Shown here: in pieces, positions 25,760 through 38,826 of the stretch
Position numbering within the stretch: position 1 is the first letter of the stretch
How the letters are laid out: every line of letters begins with the position of its first letter
DNA from: Anaeramoeba ignava BMAN
Lineage: Eukaryota > Protista > Anaeramoebae
Assembly (NCBI GenBank): GCA_028826165.1
Contig: JAPDFW010000134.1
Coordinates: 70,938-134,937, forward strand
Direction: 5' to 3'
Length of the DNA: 64,000 bases
The notes under the pieces: model-generated
What the model saw: only the letters and a program-made list of their open reading frames with translations
Told to the model about the DNA's origin: nothing
The model's database searches: none
Translations under genes and position numbers: made by a program

Positions 25760-26300
25760 ATTATTGGGAATAATTTTATATTATTTTAAATAAATAAAAA
25801 GTTAATAAAATATATTTTTATATAATTTTTATTATTAATTATTTAATAATATTAATTTAAATTTTGAAATAAAATAATTAAAAAATTTTATTAAATTTAT
25901 TTAAATTTTGGGAATAATTTTATATTATTTTAAATAAATAAAAGTTAATAAAATACATTTTTATATAATTTTTATTATTAATTATTTAATAATATTAATT
26001 TAAATTTTGAAATAAAATAATTAAAAATTTTATTAAATTTATTAAATTATTGGGAATAATTTTATATTATTTTAAATAAATAAAAGTTAATAAAATACAT
26101 TTTTATATAATTTTTTATTATTAATTATTTAATAATATTAATTTAAATTTTGAAATAAAATAATTAAAAAATTTTATTAAATTTATTTAAATTATTGGGA
26201 ATAATTTTATATTATTTTAAATAAATAAAAGTTAATAAAATATATTTTTAAATAATTTTTTATTATTAATTATTTAATAATATTAATTTAAATTTTGAAA
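25760..26300. repeat. Satellite B: ~4 tandem copies of a different ~143-145-bp unit
   Basis: 'ttgggaataattttatattattttaaataaataaaagttaataaaata' at ~25765, 25909, 26050 and 26196. One partial copy at ~20905-20985. Confidence 0.9.
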
Positions 26301-26352
26301 TAAAAATTTTTTTCATTTTTTAATTTTTTCATTTTTTTCTTTTCAAATAAAA

Positions 26353-28846
26353 ATGAAACAAACATTAAAAACAATTTACAAACCAATAACGAAAATGGAA
26401 CCAATATATATGGGAGGGAAACTTCTACTTTCCCACGATCAAAACCAACTAATAAGTTCATGTGGAGAAACAGTAACAATAACAACAATTAAAAGCAGTA
26501 AAGTGGAAAAAATAATTTTAGACGATGCCGTGATGAGTATCGCACTGCGACCCGACGACAAGGAAATTATAACAGCCAATCGACACAACATCCTTGAACG
26601 ATGGGAGTTGCGTGAGCCAGACTTGGAGAAGAAGGAGGGGAAAAAGAACTGGATAAGCAAGGGGAAGTGGAAAGGACACGATTCGCCCATCTTGGACATC
26701 ACATTTGATCCAAGTGGGAGACTATTGGCCTCAGGCTCGGCAGACCAAACAGTGAGGGTGTGGCATGTAGAGAAACAAATTGCGACCCACAATTTGCGTG
26801 GTCATCAGAATTTTGTCAGTAAAGTGATGTTTCATCCCGATCCAAATTCTTTGATACTTTTTTCGGCTTCGGAAGATTCTAGCTTTAAAATTTGGGATTT
26901 GAGAAAGAAAAAATGCATCAAAACCTTCAGCAATCATGTCAACACAGTATCCAATTTTTCCGTTTCAAATGATTTCAAATTTCTTTATGTTTCCGGTCGA
27001 GATAAAATTGTTACAAAAGTTAATCTTCAATCCCTTGAAGTTGTCAAAATTATCCCAATTTTTGAATCAATTGAAGCCGTTATTTCACTTCCAAATGAAA
27101 AATTCATCACTGCTGGCGATAAAGGAAAACTTTCTGTTTGGGATTCAACTAAATCAAAGAAAATCAAAGAGCAAAAAATTAGTCAAATTACTCAACAAAA
27201 TGAAAATGATCCACTTGTTTTGAATGAATATAACAGTTTTGTTTATGCTTTTCTTCGCGACAAATTCAATCAAATTGTCGCCGTTACAAATTCGCAGAAT
27301 ATTTTGTTTTTTGATTTGGATTCTTTTGATTTTGAAATGGAAATTGTTGGATTTATTGATGAAATTTTGGATGTTAAATATATAAATGAAAATGAATCGG
27401 CAGTTGTTTCAAATTCAGAACAAGTGAAGATTTTTGATATCCACAGCAATCATTGTGTTTCAACATTATATGGACATACAGATATTGTTTTATCGATGGA
27501 TATAAGTTATGATAAGAAGAAATTAATTACTGGATCGAAAGATAAAACGATCCGAATTTGGGATTTATCAATAAATTCAAATGAAAATATAAATGAAAAT
27601 ATAAATCAAAATCTAAATCAAAATTTAAATCAAAATTCAAATCAAAATCAAAATCAAAATCAAAATCAAAATCTATCAAAATTCTTTCCAAAAGCCCCGA
27701 AATGTTTGGGCACTTGTTCTGGTCATACAGAACCAGTTACTACAGTTGCATTCCCAAATAACTCAAATTCATTTGCAATAAGTGGAGGAAATGATAAAAC
27801 AATAAAAATATGGGATTTGGAAAAAATGGAATCCAAAAAAACAATACAAGCACACAAAAAGGAAATCAACAGCATTGCAATATCACCAAATGATAAACTA
27901 TTTGCAACATGTTCGCAAGATCGAACAATAAAAATATGGGATTTGGAAAAAATGGAATTAATTGGAATTTTAGAAGGTCACAGAAGAGGAATTTGGTCCA
28001 TTGCATTTTCGCCAGTGGACAAAGTAATTGCATCATGTTCTGCAGACGGAACAATCAAGATATGGTCGTTGAATAACTTTATGTGTTTGAAAACCTTTGA
28101 AGGACATTCTAATTCGGTAACTCGAGTGCGATTTTTAACTCATGGAATGCAAATTCTATCGACAAGTTCAGACGGTTTGATCAAAATTTGGTCGATAAAA
28201 ACCAATGAATGCATTTCCACTTTTGCTGCCATTAATGAAAAGACATGGTGTCTTGATATGAACCATGATGAAGAGGAGTTTATTAGTGGCGGTTCAGATT
28301 CTTTTTTGATTGTCTGGAAAAATTACACTTTGATTGAAGAAGAAGAAAAACTTAAAAATCAAGAAATTCAAATCATGAAAGAACAGCAACTTAACAACTT
28401 GATGCATCTGCAAAATTATGAGCAAGCCCTTGATATTGCTCTTGATTTGAATTTCCGTTATAAAGCTCTTGATATTTTTAATCAATTGATTCAATATCAA
28501 AATTCTTTATCGAAAGTTGTTTCAAAATTTGATGAAAAAAAACTTGTTCAAGTTCTTAATCTTGTTGTTGATTGGAATACTAATACAAAAACTGCTTTGA
28601 TTTCTCAAATAATTTTGAAGGAAATCTTTTAGTTCTTTTTCTCCTGATCATCTTCTTCATTTGTCTGGAATTAAGGAGATTTTAAAAGCTTTAATTCCTT
28701 ATTCTGAAAGACATTTTCAAAGAATGGATAAATTACATAGAGAATCTTTTATTATTGATCATACTTTATATAGTGTTAAATTAACTAATTTGAAGATTGA
28801 TGAAGAAAAAACAAATTTATCAATAAATTCAGATCAAGAAATTTAA
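26353..28846 (+). CDS. UTP13: UTP13/TBL3 WD40 SSU-processome protein (one-base frameshift at 28627-28630)
   Basis: 'EPIYMGGK', many WD40 repeats, 'GHRRGIWSIAFSPVDKVIASCSADGTIKIW', Utp13 domain 'VDWNTNTK'. Dropping one T from TTTT gives EIFSSFSPDHLLHLSGIKEILKALIPYSERHFQR. Confidence 0.93.
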
Positions 28847-28968
28847 TTTAGAAATTTAATTTAGAAATTTAATTTGAAATTTTTCATTTTTAAATCAAAA
28901 ATATAAAAATCTCTTTTTTTTATAGAAAAAAAAGAAAAAAAAAATAACACAATTTTTCTCTTTCATTT

Positions 28969-31296
28969 TCATTTCATTTTCTTTCTTTTTCCAGTTCCTC
29001 TTCTTGTTCTTCCTTTTTTAGATTTTTCATCATGTAAAACAAATAAATCATTTTGAGGATCAGAATTAGAAATTTTTTCAAAAGCAAATTGTTTAGTTAA
29101 AATTTTAACTTGAAAAGAATTATCATTTTCCAAAACAGGATCATAAGAACTAAAATCAAAACCTTGATTTTCTTGAGAAATTTGAACATTTTCATTATTA
29201 ACGAGTTGTAACAACGAAAGAAAATGTCTGCAAATATCAAATTTAGGCAAACCAGTAAAAATTGAATGAGAATCAATTGATTCTTTTTTCCAACCGTTTC
29301 CGTTTAAATTTGATTCAAATTTATCAAGTATTAAATTTCCATATTCATGAATATCAAAATTGGATCGTGAATTTTGCTCCTCTAATAAAGGCGTTATTTT
29401 ACTTTGCCAGTCAGCTACTCTTCTTGTTAAATCCGTTTCTTGAACATAAATTGCTGCATTTGAAAGAAAATTTTCAATGTGATCTCGGCATAAGTCCTCG
29501 TATGTTTTCACATGCACATCGTCATCGAGTGCTATTGGCTCAATTTCATGCGCAAATTTCGGTGGTTCGAAATCGTCTGGTTCGCTTCCTAAATCTATGT
29601 TCATATCCTCGTCGTCTTGATCTGGATATTCAACATCATTTTCACTGAAGTCTGAATTATCCATAATTAAATCACCTACTAAAGCAGTCTCCATTTCGTC
29701 ATGTTTTTCATCAGTAAGTGTGATTTCTTTCCCAAGCTTCTTCTTCTGCTTTTTAAAGTGAGAAAGAATATTTTGGCGCTCCTTTTGGAAAAGGGCTTCA
29801 AATTCTGGGAAATAAAGATTTTTTAAATCTTTCCGATTTTTTGGAATTTCGATTTCTTGATGAATTCCAAAACAAGTAATCCCTTTTGTTTGCTGTGATT
29901 TTTTGATTTGATAATATTCAGACAATTTTGGTACGCGAAAGGTTTGGCCTTTTGCAAATGGTTTTGGATTTAGATCTGAGGAATCATAAGGATCTAAAAG
30001 AATCCAAGGATCTAATTGTTTTGAACCTTTCATAAATAATCCTTTTCTTGTTTTTCCGTCCATATCTATATCCTTATCCCTTTTGGTTTCGCTTCGTGGT
30101 TTTCTGAGAGTGCTGAGTATGTTTGTGGAAATGTTTTTGGCGACTGTTTCGATGATGTTTTCTTTGGGTTTTTCTTGATCGGTCTTGACTTCATCTTCAT
30201 CAGAATCATCATCAAGAAGATCAGCTTCATCACTTTCGCTTTCTTCGTTCTTTTCCTTATTCTTCTCTTCTTGTGTTTTATTGTCTTCGTTTTGTTTTTG
30301 TTCTTCTTTGTTCTGCAAATCTTTAAACGCAGTTTTATTTTTTGGTGTTTGAAGAAATGATCTATTTATTTTTTGATTTGTCAATGAATTTAATTCTGAA
30401 CCGAATGTAAGTAAGTCTCTTTCATCTAGAAGTAATGTTCCTGTTGGATGTATTAAGCAATTTGTCATGTAATATTCGATATTTGCTTTAGATTGTTGAT
30501 TTTCTGTTGATCCAAGTAAATAAATAGGAGTTCTTGAAAGTAATTTTATTTTATTTTCTGTTATTTTTGTTTTGTTTCTTGTTCTATTTGTTGTTCTATC
30601 AGAAATACCGAGAATTTGATTAATATCAAAAGAATCTTCCAAATCAATATTTTTATCAACTATTTTAATATTTATTTAATATTTATTTAATATTTATTTA
30701 ATATTTATTTAATATTTAATATTTAATATTTATTATTTTATATTTAATATTTATTTTATATTTAATATTTATTATTTAATATTTATTTATTATTTTGGAT
30801 TTTCGAAATACTTTTAAGATTATCATCTAAAACTAAAAATTGTTCTTCTTCTTCATTTTCTAAATTCATATCTTCATCTCCATCTTCTTTATTTGAAAGA
30901 TTTTTTGATTTTTGATTTTTTCTTTTTTCAGTAAGAAGATCAAGAGTTTGATAAAGTAAATTATAAAGATATTCAACTTTTTTAGAATAAACACAAGCAG
31001 AACCTTGAATTAATAAAGCAGCTAATTAAAATTTAAATTAAAATTAAAAATAAAATAAAATAAAAATTAACCGTTAATTAACGATTTTTTTTTTTTAATT
31101 TATTATTTTATTAAAAAAAACCTTCTGCAAAATTTAAATGTGTTTTTCCTCCATCAAATGTAAATTTAATTGATTCAAGTTCTGTTAAATATTCTTCTAA
31201 TTCTTTTGCAATATCAATATTCCAATTTTCTGCTAAACCTCTAATTGGTTTTAAAAGATGTGAATATTTTTTTTCTCTATTATCAAAATCTTCCAT
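28969..31296 (-). CDS. NCAPH2: Condensin II kleisin subunit H2, 3 exons
   Basis: 'LLKPIRGLAENWNIDIAKELEEYL...LNFAE|AALLIQGSACVYSKKVEYLY', 'DPWILLDPY', 'TYEDLCRDHIENF', 'FDIHEYG', 'ICRHFLSLLQLVNNENV'. Confidence 0.95.
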
Positions 31297-31823
31297 TTAT
31301 TTTATTTTAATTTAATTTAATTAAGAATAAAAGAAAAAAAATGAAAAATTAAAAAATTGATTAAAAAATTTTTTTAATTTAAAAAACTTGAAAGAAAACA
31401 TTTCAAAATTTGTTCCACTTTTTAATTTTAATTTAAATTTAATTTAAAAAAGCAAAAAAAAAAGGAAATTAAAATTTGTTCTACTTTTCTTTTGATTAAT
31501 TTGAATTTTGATTTTCTTTTAATTTTGATTTTAATTTAAATTTTAATTTTGAATTTTAATTTTAATTTTAATTTTAATTTTAATTTTGATTTTGAATTTT
31601 AATTTTGATTTGATTTAAATTTTAATTTTGAATTTAATTTTAATTTTAATTTTAATTTTAATTTTAATTTTGAATTTTAATTTGATTTAATTTTAAATTT
31701 AATTTTAATTTTAATTTTAATTTTAATTTGATTTAAATTTTAAATTTTAATTTTAATTTGAATTTTAATTTTGAATTTTAATTTTAATTTTAATTTTAAT
31801 TTGAATTTTTCAATTTTGTTTGT

Positions 31824-34580
31824 TTAATCAAATTTAAAACTCCAAAGTTCATTCGAAAAAATATTTCCAGGTTTAATTCCACCAAAAAAATAAAGAGAAT
31901 CACGAACTCTTATAAAAGAAGGTGGTTGTTGAAATTGAATTTCTTCTTTTGGTACAATAGGATAATATTTACGATCTTTATAATGAAAATAAAAGAAAAG
32001 AGTTTCATAACTTAAAGAATCATTAGAATTTTCTTGATTTTCTAAACGAGAATTTGATTTGTTTGATGATCTTGATTTATTATAAATTGATTTGCTTTTT
32101 GTTGTCAAAATTATAAAATCATTCTGGAAATTTTTCTTGTGTTTTTTGGGATAATTTTGAGGAGTTGAATGCAGATTTTTATTCCAATCAATAACTCCTT
32201 GATCTTCATCTAAATTTCCAGATAAAGAAACTCTTGCTAATTGAGCATTTGGTGCTTCTAAATTATCAAAAGAATTTTCAAGTTTGATTTTTTCAAATTT
32301 AAGTGTTTCTAAATTTAAAATGTCAAGATTTCCTAAATCTTTATTGCGAACTATTGATCGACCTCCAAAAATGAATCCTATGTTTTCAACAGCAATTAAT
32401 GATCCAAATGTTCGTCTTTCAATTGATCCTTCTGTTCGGATTTTTGTTATGTATTTATTTGTTAAATCAACCATGTCAACAATTACTGTTTCTGAATAAA
32501 AATTTGGTATTAAGAATAATTTGTTATCGTGTGCTATCATAAAATCTATTTTTTCCTTGATTTTTTCTCCAACAAGATCCAATTTTTTCCATGCTTTTGA
32601 ATCTTTTTTTTAATAATTTAATTTTCAAAATAGATTTTAATTTTCAAAATAGATTTTAATTTTCAAAATGGATTTTAATTTTAATTTTAATTTTCAAAAT
32701 AGATTTTAAATTTAATTTTAATTTTAATTTTAAATTTTAATTTTAATTTTAATTTTAATTTTAATTTTAATTTTAATTTTAATTTTAATTTTAATTTTAA
32801 TTTTAATTTTAATTTTAATTTTAATTTTAATTTTAATTTTAATTTTAATTTTAATTTTAATTTTAATTTTAATTTTAAATTTAATTTTAAATTTAATTTT
32901 GATTTTAATTTTAATTTTTACTTAAATTTTAATTTTAATTTTAATTTTCAAAATGGAATTTTAGATTTATTGGTTTTAAATCACCAAAAAGATAAAGTTC
33001 ATCACCTAATTTTAAATTTATTAATTTATTTTTAATTTTTGAATTTAATTTTAATTTTTACTTAAATTTAATACAAAAATTTGTTTTAAAAAGTTGATTT
33101 AAAAATTGATTTAAAAGTTGGTTAAAAAATTGATTAAAAATTTGATTTAAAAATTGATTAAAAATTGATTAAAAATTGATTAAAAAGTTGATTAAAAAAT
33201 TGTTTTAAAACTTCATTGATTAAATTAAAAATTGTTTTAAAATTTGTTGAATATTATTAAAAATTGATTAAAAATTGTTTTAATTTAATTTAAAAATTTG
33301 ATTTAAAAATTTGATTTAAAAATTTGATTTAAAAAAATTTTAATTTAAAAATTGATTAAAAAATTGATTAAAAATTGATTAAAAAGTTGTTTAAAAAATT
33401 GTTTTAAAATTGATTTAAAAGTTGATTAAAAAATTGATTTAAAAATTGATTAAAAAATTGATTAAAAATTGTTTAAAAATTGATTAAAAAGTTGTTTACT
33501 TAAATTAAAATTATAAAAATCATTTAATTCTCTGTTTTTATTATCAAAACCACTATAAATATAAATAGAATTTGAATAGAAGAAAATAAACGCATTTGTT
33601 CTTGGAGAAGGACCTTGACCTTTTGTTTCAACTTTTATAAATTCTATTTTGAAATATTGAAATAAATTGAAATAAATTAAAATAAAATTAATTAAAATGA
33701 AATTAATTGAAATAAAATTAATTAAAATGAAATTAATTGAAATAAATTTAATTAAATTACCTCCTGGTAATGGTTTTGTCTTTTGTTTTTAAATTGTTGT
33801 TTCATTTTGTTTTTAAATTGTTGTTTCATTTTGTTTTAAAAAGATAATTTTTTTGTTCAAAAATTTGAATTTAAAAAAAAATCCAATAAAAATAAAGCAA
33901 ATAAATAAATACATAAGAAAGAAATTGTAAGAAAATTTCGCTTGATGAAATTTCTTTTAAAGAAGTAATTGATTTAATATAAGTATCAAGTTGTTCTGTT
34001 CTTGATTCAATAATTTCTGTTTTCATTTTTCCAAGTAATTTTTTTTTTGGAAGTTGAAGATTTGGAGCTTCTTTTGGAAAAGCTTTTTCAAGCTAACAAA
34101 AGAAGAATTTATTTAAATTAATATTTAAATTTAATGTTTAAATTAATATTTAAATTAATATTTAAATTTAATATTTAAATCTATGTTTAATTTAATATTA
34201 AAATCTATGTTAAATTTAATGTTGAATTTAATGTTTAATTTAATGTTTAATTTAATGTTTAATTTAATGTTTAATTTAATATATAAATTAATATTTAATT
34301 TTAATGTTTAATTTAATATTTAAATCTATATTTAAATTTAATGTTGAATTTAATGTTGAAATTAATGTTTAATTTTATATTTAAATTAATATTTAATTTA
34401 ATATTTAAATTAATATTTAAATTAATATTTAATTTAATATTTAAATCTATGTTGAATTTAATGTTTAAAAATGATTTTTAAATTAAAATTTTTACTGCTT
34501 TTTTACTGAATATTTTTCCATGAAATTTCGAAATTCAGAATATCTTTCCATGAAATCCATCTTTGTTTTTCCATTCATTT
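31824..34580 (-). CDS. PX domain plus kelch-repeat protein (5' end and one internal exon poorly resolved)
   Basis: PX motifs 'RYSEFRNF' and 'LPKKKLLGKMKTEIIESRTEQLDTYI...FLQFL'. 19-nt microexon (33761-33779). Kelch 'GQGPSPRTNAF...IYIYSG', 'ELYLFG', 'GFIFGG', 'LYFFGG'. Confidence 0.7.
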
Positions 34581-34639
34581 TTAAAGCAAAAATGAAAAAG
34601 AAGAAAAATGAAAAATTTTAATAAAAATTTTATTTTTAT

Positions 34640-36741
34640 TCTTTTTTAACATTTAAATCAAGTATTTATTTCTCATTATAAAAACTTTTATCATTCATTT
34701 TTAAAAAGCTTAAAAAAAATGAAAAAAAAGAAAAATGAAAAATAAAAATAAAAATTTTATTTAAAATTTTAAAATTTTTAAAATTAAAAATCAAATTTTT
34801 GAAAGCGTTCTTCATTATAAAAACTTTTAAAATTTTCTCCAAACATTCTTAAATTTAAAATTTCAAAATCAAAAATTAAAATTAAAATTAAAATTAAAAT
34901 TAAAATTTAAATTAAAATTAAAATTAAAATTAAAATTAAAATTAAAATTTAAAATTAATATTAAATTTAAAATTTAAAATTAAAATTAAAATTAAAATTA
35001 AAATTTAAAATTAAAATTAAAATTAAAATTAAAATTAAAAATTAAAATTTATTAAAAATAAAATTAATATTAAAAATTAAAATTAAAATTAAAATTAAAA
35101 TTAAAATTAAAATTAAAATTAAAATTAAAATTAAAATTAAAATTAAAATTGAAATTAAAATTAAAATTAAAATTAAAATTAAAATTAAAATTAAAATTAA
35201 AAATTTAAATTAAAATTAAAATTAAAATTAAAATTCATTTATAAAATTAAAATTAAAATTAAAATTAAATTTAAAATTTATTTTTACCTTTAATTGAAGA
35301 TTGTAAATCAGAAAATTTAACAAAAACTCTAACAGCTTCATTTCCTGGAACACTTTCATCAATAACTTCAAAAACAAAACAACTTTCAACATTTCCAAAA
35401 CGAGTACATTCTTCTTGAACTTCAGTTGTTAAATCATTATCAACTTCACCTTTTCCAACAAGATTCTAAAAATCAAGATTTAATTAAATTCAAATTGAAA
35501 ATTAAATTCAAACTCAATTAAATTCAAATTCAAATTGAAAATTAAATTCAAATTCAAGATTTAAATTGAAAATTCAAATTGAAAATTAAAATCAAATTCA
35601 AATTCAAATTGAAAATTCAAATTGAAAATTAAATTCAAATTCAAATTGAAAATTCAAATTGAAAATTAAATTCAATTCAAATTTTAAATTAAATTCAAAA
35701 TTCAAGATTTAAATTGAAAATCAAATTCAAAAATTAAATTCAAATTCAAATTGAAAATTAAATTTAAATCAAAATTCAATTAAATTCAAAATTCAATTAA
35801 AATTACAAGTAATAATATAACTAGAGTAGGAACTTCTAGTTTATCAAGATCTTTTTGTTCTTCTTTTACTTCATTTTCTAAATTTTCTAAATTATCTAAA
35901 TTATCTAAATTATCTAAATTTTCAACATTTTCTAAATTTTCTAAATTTTCAACATTTTTCATATTTTTTAAATTTTCTAAATTTTTGGATTTTTGAGTAT
36001 CTTTTCGCTCAATTCTAGCAAGCTCTTTTTTCTCATCATGAGCCATATTCTCAATAGTTTGATTTTTAGTCCAAGTTGATTTTTTTGTATTCAAACTATA
36101 AACAACTCCATCTTCATTACGACCTAAACCTTTACCAGGTTTCCAACCAAATTTTTGAAGAACATTCTTCGCAAAATTTTTATCTGAACCTTTTCTACTT
36201 TGATCATCTTGTTCTTCTTTAAAATTCATTTCAGAATTTAATTTTTCTGTTTTAAAATTAAATTTTCAATTGAAAAATCAATTTAGTTATTGTTTTTTGT
36301 ATTTTTATTTCCCATTCAAATTCCACACAAACGTCTTTCAAATGAAACAGATCCTTCACGAAATTGTCTGGTTCGTTCCGCACAAGATTTATCATAGTCA
36401 TTTGGAAGCCATGGATCGTATTCATCAGCGAAATTTTGATCCAAAAAATCATCATCTTCATAAATAACTTCAATGGAATTTTTTTCCTGTTCATTTTCTT
36501 GATTGAATGGATTCAAAACTTCTCTTTCTGTCCTGGATATTTGAGTTGGTAAGAAATTCTTGATTTGTTTAATCTTCGTAGTTTTTGGTTGTGTCTTCTG
36601 GTATGTTAACTGTGTTGGTACAATGCTAATATGTTTTTTTTCTTCTTTTTTTTCTAATAATTTTTTTGCAATTTCTTCATCTGTAAGTTCTGTAATTATT
36701 CCTGAATCTGGATCTGGAATATCATCATAAAGACCTGACAT
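34640..36741 (-). CDS. RBM17: SPF45/RBM17 splicing factor (SPF45 motif, G-patch, UHM); last exon garbled
   Basis: 'DEYDPWLPNDYDK', G-patch 'FAKNVLQKFGWKPGKGLGRNEDG', UHM 'PTLVILLL|NLVGKGEVDNDLTTEVQEECTRFGNV...EAVRVFVKF'. Fragments of the expected tail ('RMFG', 'SFYNEERF') at 34640-34860. Confidence 0.9.
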
Positions 36742-36863
36742 TATAAAAAAATAAAACAAAATAAATGAAAATAAAACAAAAAAAATGAAAAAAATGAAAA
36801 AAAATTTTTGATTTTTTTTTATTACAAAATTTTTAATTAAAAAAAAAAGCAAAAAAAAATTTT

Positions 36864-37537
36864 TTAATCGCGAAAAAGTATTCTTTCAATTTTATTTGGA
36901 GTTTTAGTAAAATAACTATGACTTAAACTTCTTTGTTCTGTTTTTGGTGTTTTATTCTTTTCTCTTAAAATAGAACCAAATTGTTGAGAACAAGTTGGTT
37001 TTTTTCTAATCAAATAAATAAAAAATAATCAAAAATAATTTAATTAAATAAAAAAAAAAGTGGAACAAAATTTTTTTTAATTAAATATAAATTTTCAATT
37101 TACCTTTCAGCAGGTGTTTTATTAAAGAATTGAGTTTTTTGATTTCGATTTTGAGGTTTTTCTAAATAAGTTATTACATTCCACATCATTTTTTTTCGAT
37201 TTTCTTCATTTAATAAATTTTCATTTTTTTCATAATTTTCTTTTGATTTTGAAAAATAAAAAGAATAAGTTCGATTTTCTTTATCTTTTTCTTTATCTTT
37301 TTCTTTATTTTTAAAAGTTGGAGTTTTTGAACGTTGAATTGATTTTTTTCTATCTGATTTTTTAGATGAAATTATTCTAACTGGAGGTTCATAAATTGAG
37401 TTTCTTTTTTTATTTGAATTTTGAATAGATTTAAATGCACTTCTTCTATTACTATTATTACTATTATTATTATTATTTTGTTGTTTTTGAGTTTTTTTAA
37501 AAGAATGAATTGGAGTTTTTAATAAAGAATAATTCAT
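36864..37537 (-). CDS. Basic low-complexity hypothetical protein, 2 exons
   Basis: ORF 37537-37104 splices (GTAAAT...TTAG) to an exon ending 'KIERILFRD*'. Several S/T-P sites. Confidence 0.6.
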
Positions 37538-37650
37538 TTTGTTTTAAAAGAAAAATAAAAAATGGAAAAGAAAATTGATTTTTATTTTTATTTTCAACGA
37601 ATAAATTTTTCATTTCATTTTTATTTTTATTTTAACGGTTTTTTTTAGTT

Positions 37651-38826
37651 TTATTTTCTTCTTCTAATTTCTAATTTAATTTTATTAATTTCTTTTTCTT
37701 TTTTTTCTAATTCATTTTCAAATTGTTCTTTTTGTTTTATTTGAGTTATTTTTCTTAAATTAGAAGAAGGATATTTTCTTAATTTTGAATCAATCATTTC
37801 TTTTTGTTCGTTTAATTTATCTAAATTTTGAAGTAATTCTTTCATTGTTTTATTTTTAAAATTTTCTTCATTTGTTTTTTTTTGAGGATTTTCTTCAATT
37901 TTCTTTTTCTTCATTTCTTTTTCTTGTTGATTTTTTGTTAAAATTTTTTTTGTTCCACTTTTTGGATTTTTTTGAAAATTTTTTGGAATATTTTTTTTGG
38001 GATTTTTTTGATTATTTAATTTAACTTGATTTTGAGAATTTTTGTTAGATTTTTGTGAATAATTATTTTTTTGATTTGATATTTGGTTTTTTTGAAATTT
38101 ATTTCCATTTTGAGTTTGAATTTTTTCTTTTTGTTTTTGAATTTGATTTTTATTTATCAATTTTTTTTTCAAATTTTCAATTAAATTCTTTTGGTTTTGA
38201 TTTAAATTTTGGAGTTTTTGAATTTTTAACTCTTGATTTTTAAATTGATTTTTTATTGTTTCATTTTCTTTTTGTTGTTTTTTGATTAATTGATTTAATT
38301 TTTGAATTTCTTGTTGAAAATTTTTGATTTTTTCTTGATAAGATTTTTCTTTTTGTTTGAAAACTTCCATTTTATTTTCTTCATATAATTTTATTCTTGA
38401 ATTATTTTGAATTGATTTAATTGATTTGAATTGAATTAGAAGATTCATTTTTTAATAATTTTTTTTGAGGAATTTTTTTCTTTTTTTTTTTTTAATTAAA
38501 AAAAAAGTGGAATAAAAAAAAATAAATGGAATTTTAATTATTTTAAAAAGTTTTAATTAAAATTTTACTTGAAAATTTTGATTTCTTGAATTATTTTGAA
38601 TTGATTTAATTGATTGAATTTCTTTTTTTGGATTTTGAAAATTATTTAAAAAAACCTTTTTTAAATTAAAAAACAAAACAAAAAAATTAAATTTTATTTT
38701 AAAAAAATTTTTAATTTAAAAATTACAAACCCAATTAAAAGAACTTTTTAATTCAATTTCTTTTTGATTTCTATTTGAAATTAAAGGAATAAAAGAAAAA
38801 GATTGATTCAAAATAAAATTTTCCAT
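37651..38826 (-). CDS. Coiled-coil protein with enkurin/MPHOSPH9-like C-terminal helical hairpin, 3 exons (probable one-base error near 38430)
   Basis: C-terminus 'LDKLNEQKEMIDSKLRKYPSSNLRKITQIKQKEQFENELEKKEKEINKIK'. Upstream exons found by GT-AG joining. Confidence 0.5.

Noticed and set aside
31068-31083. Palindrome CGTTAATTAACG in NCAPH2 intron 1
   Set aside because: A single short instance in AT-rich DNA, with no support for a structured RNA.
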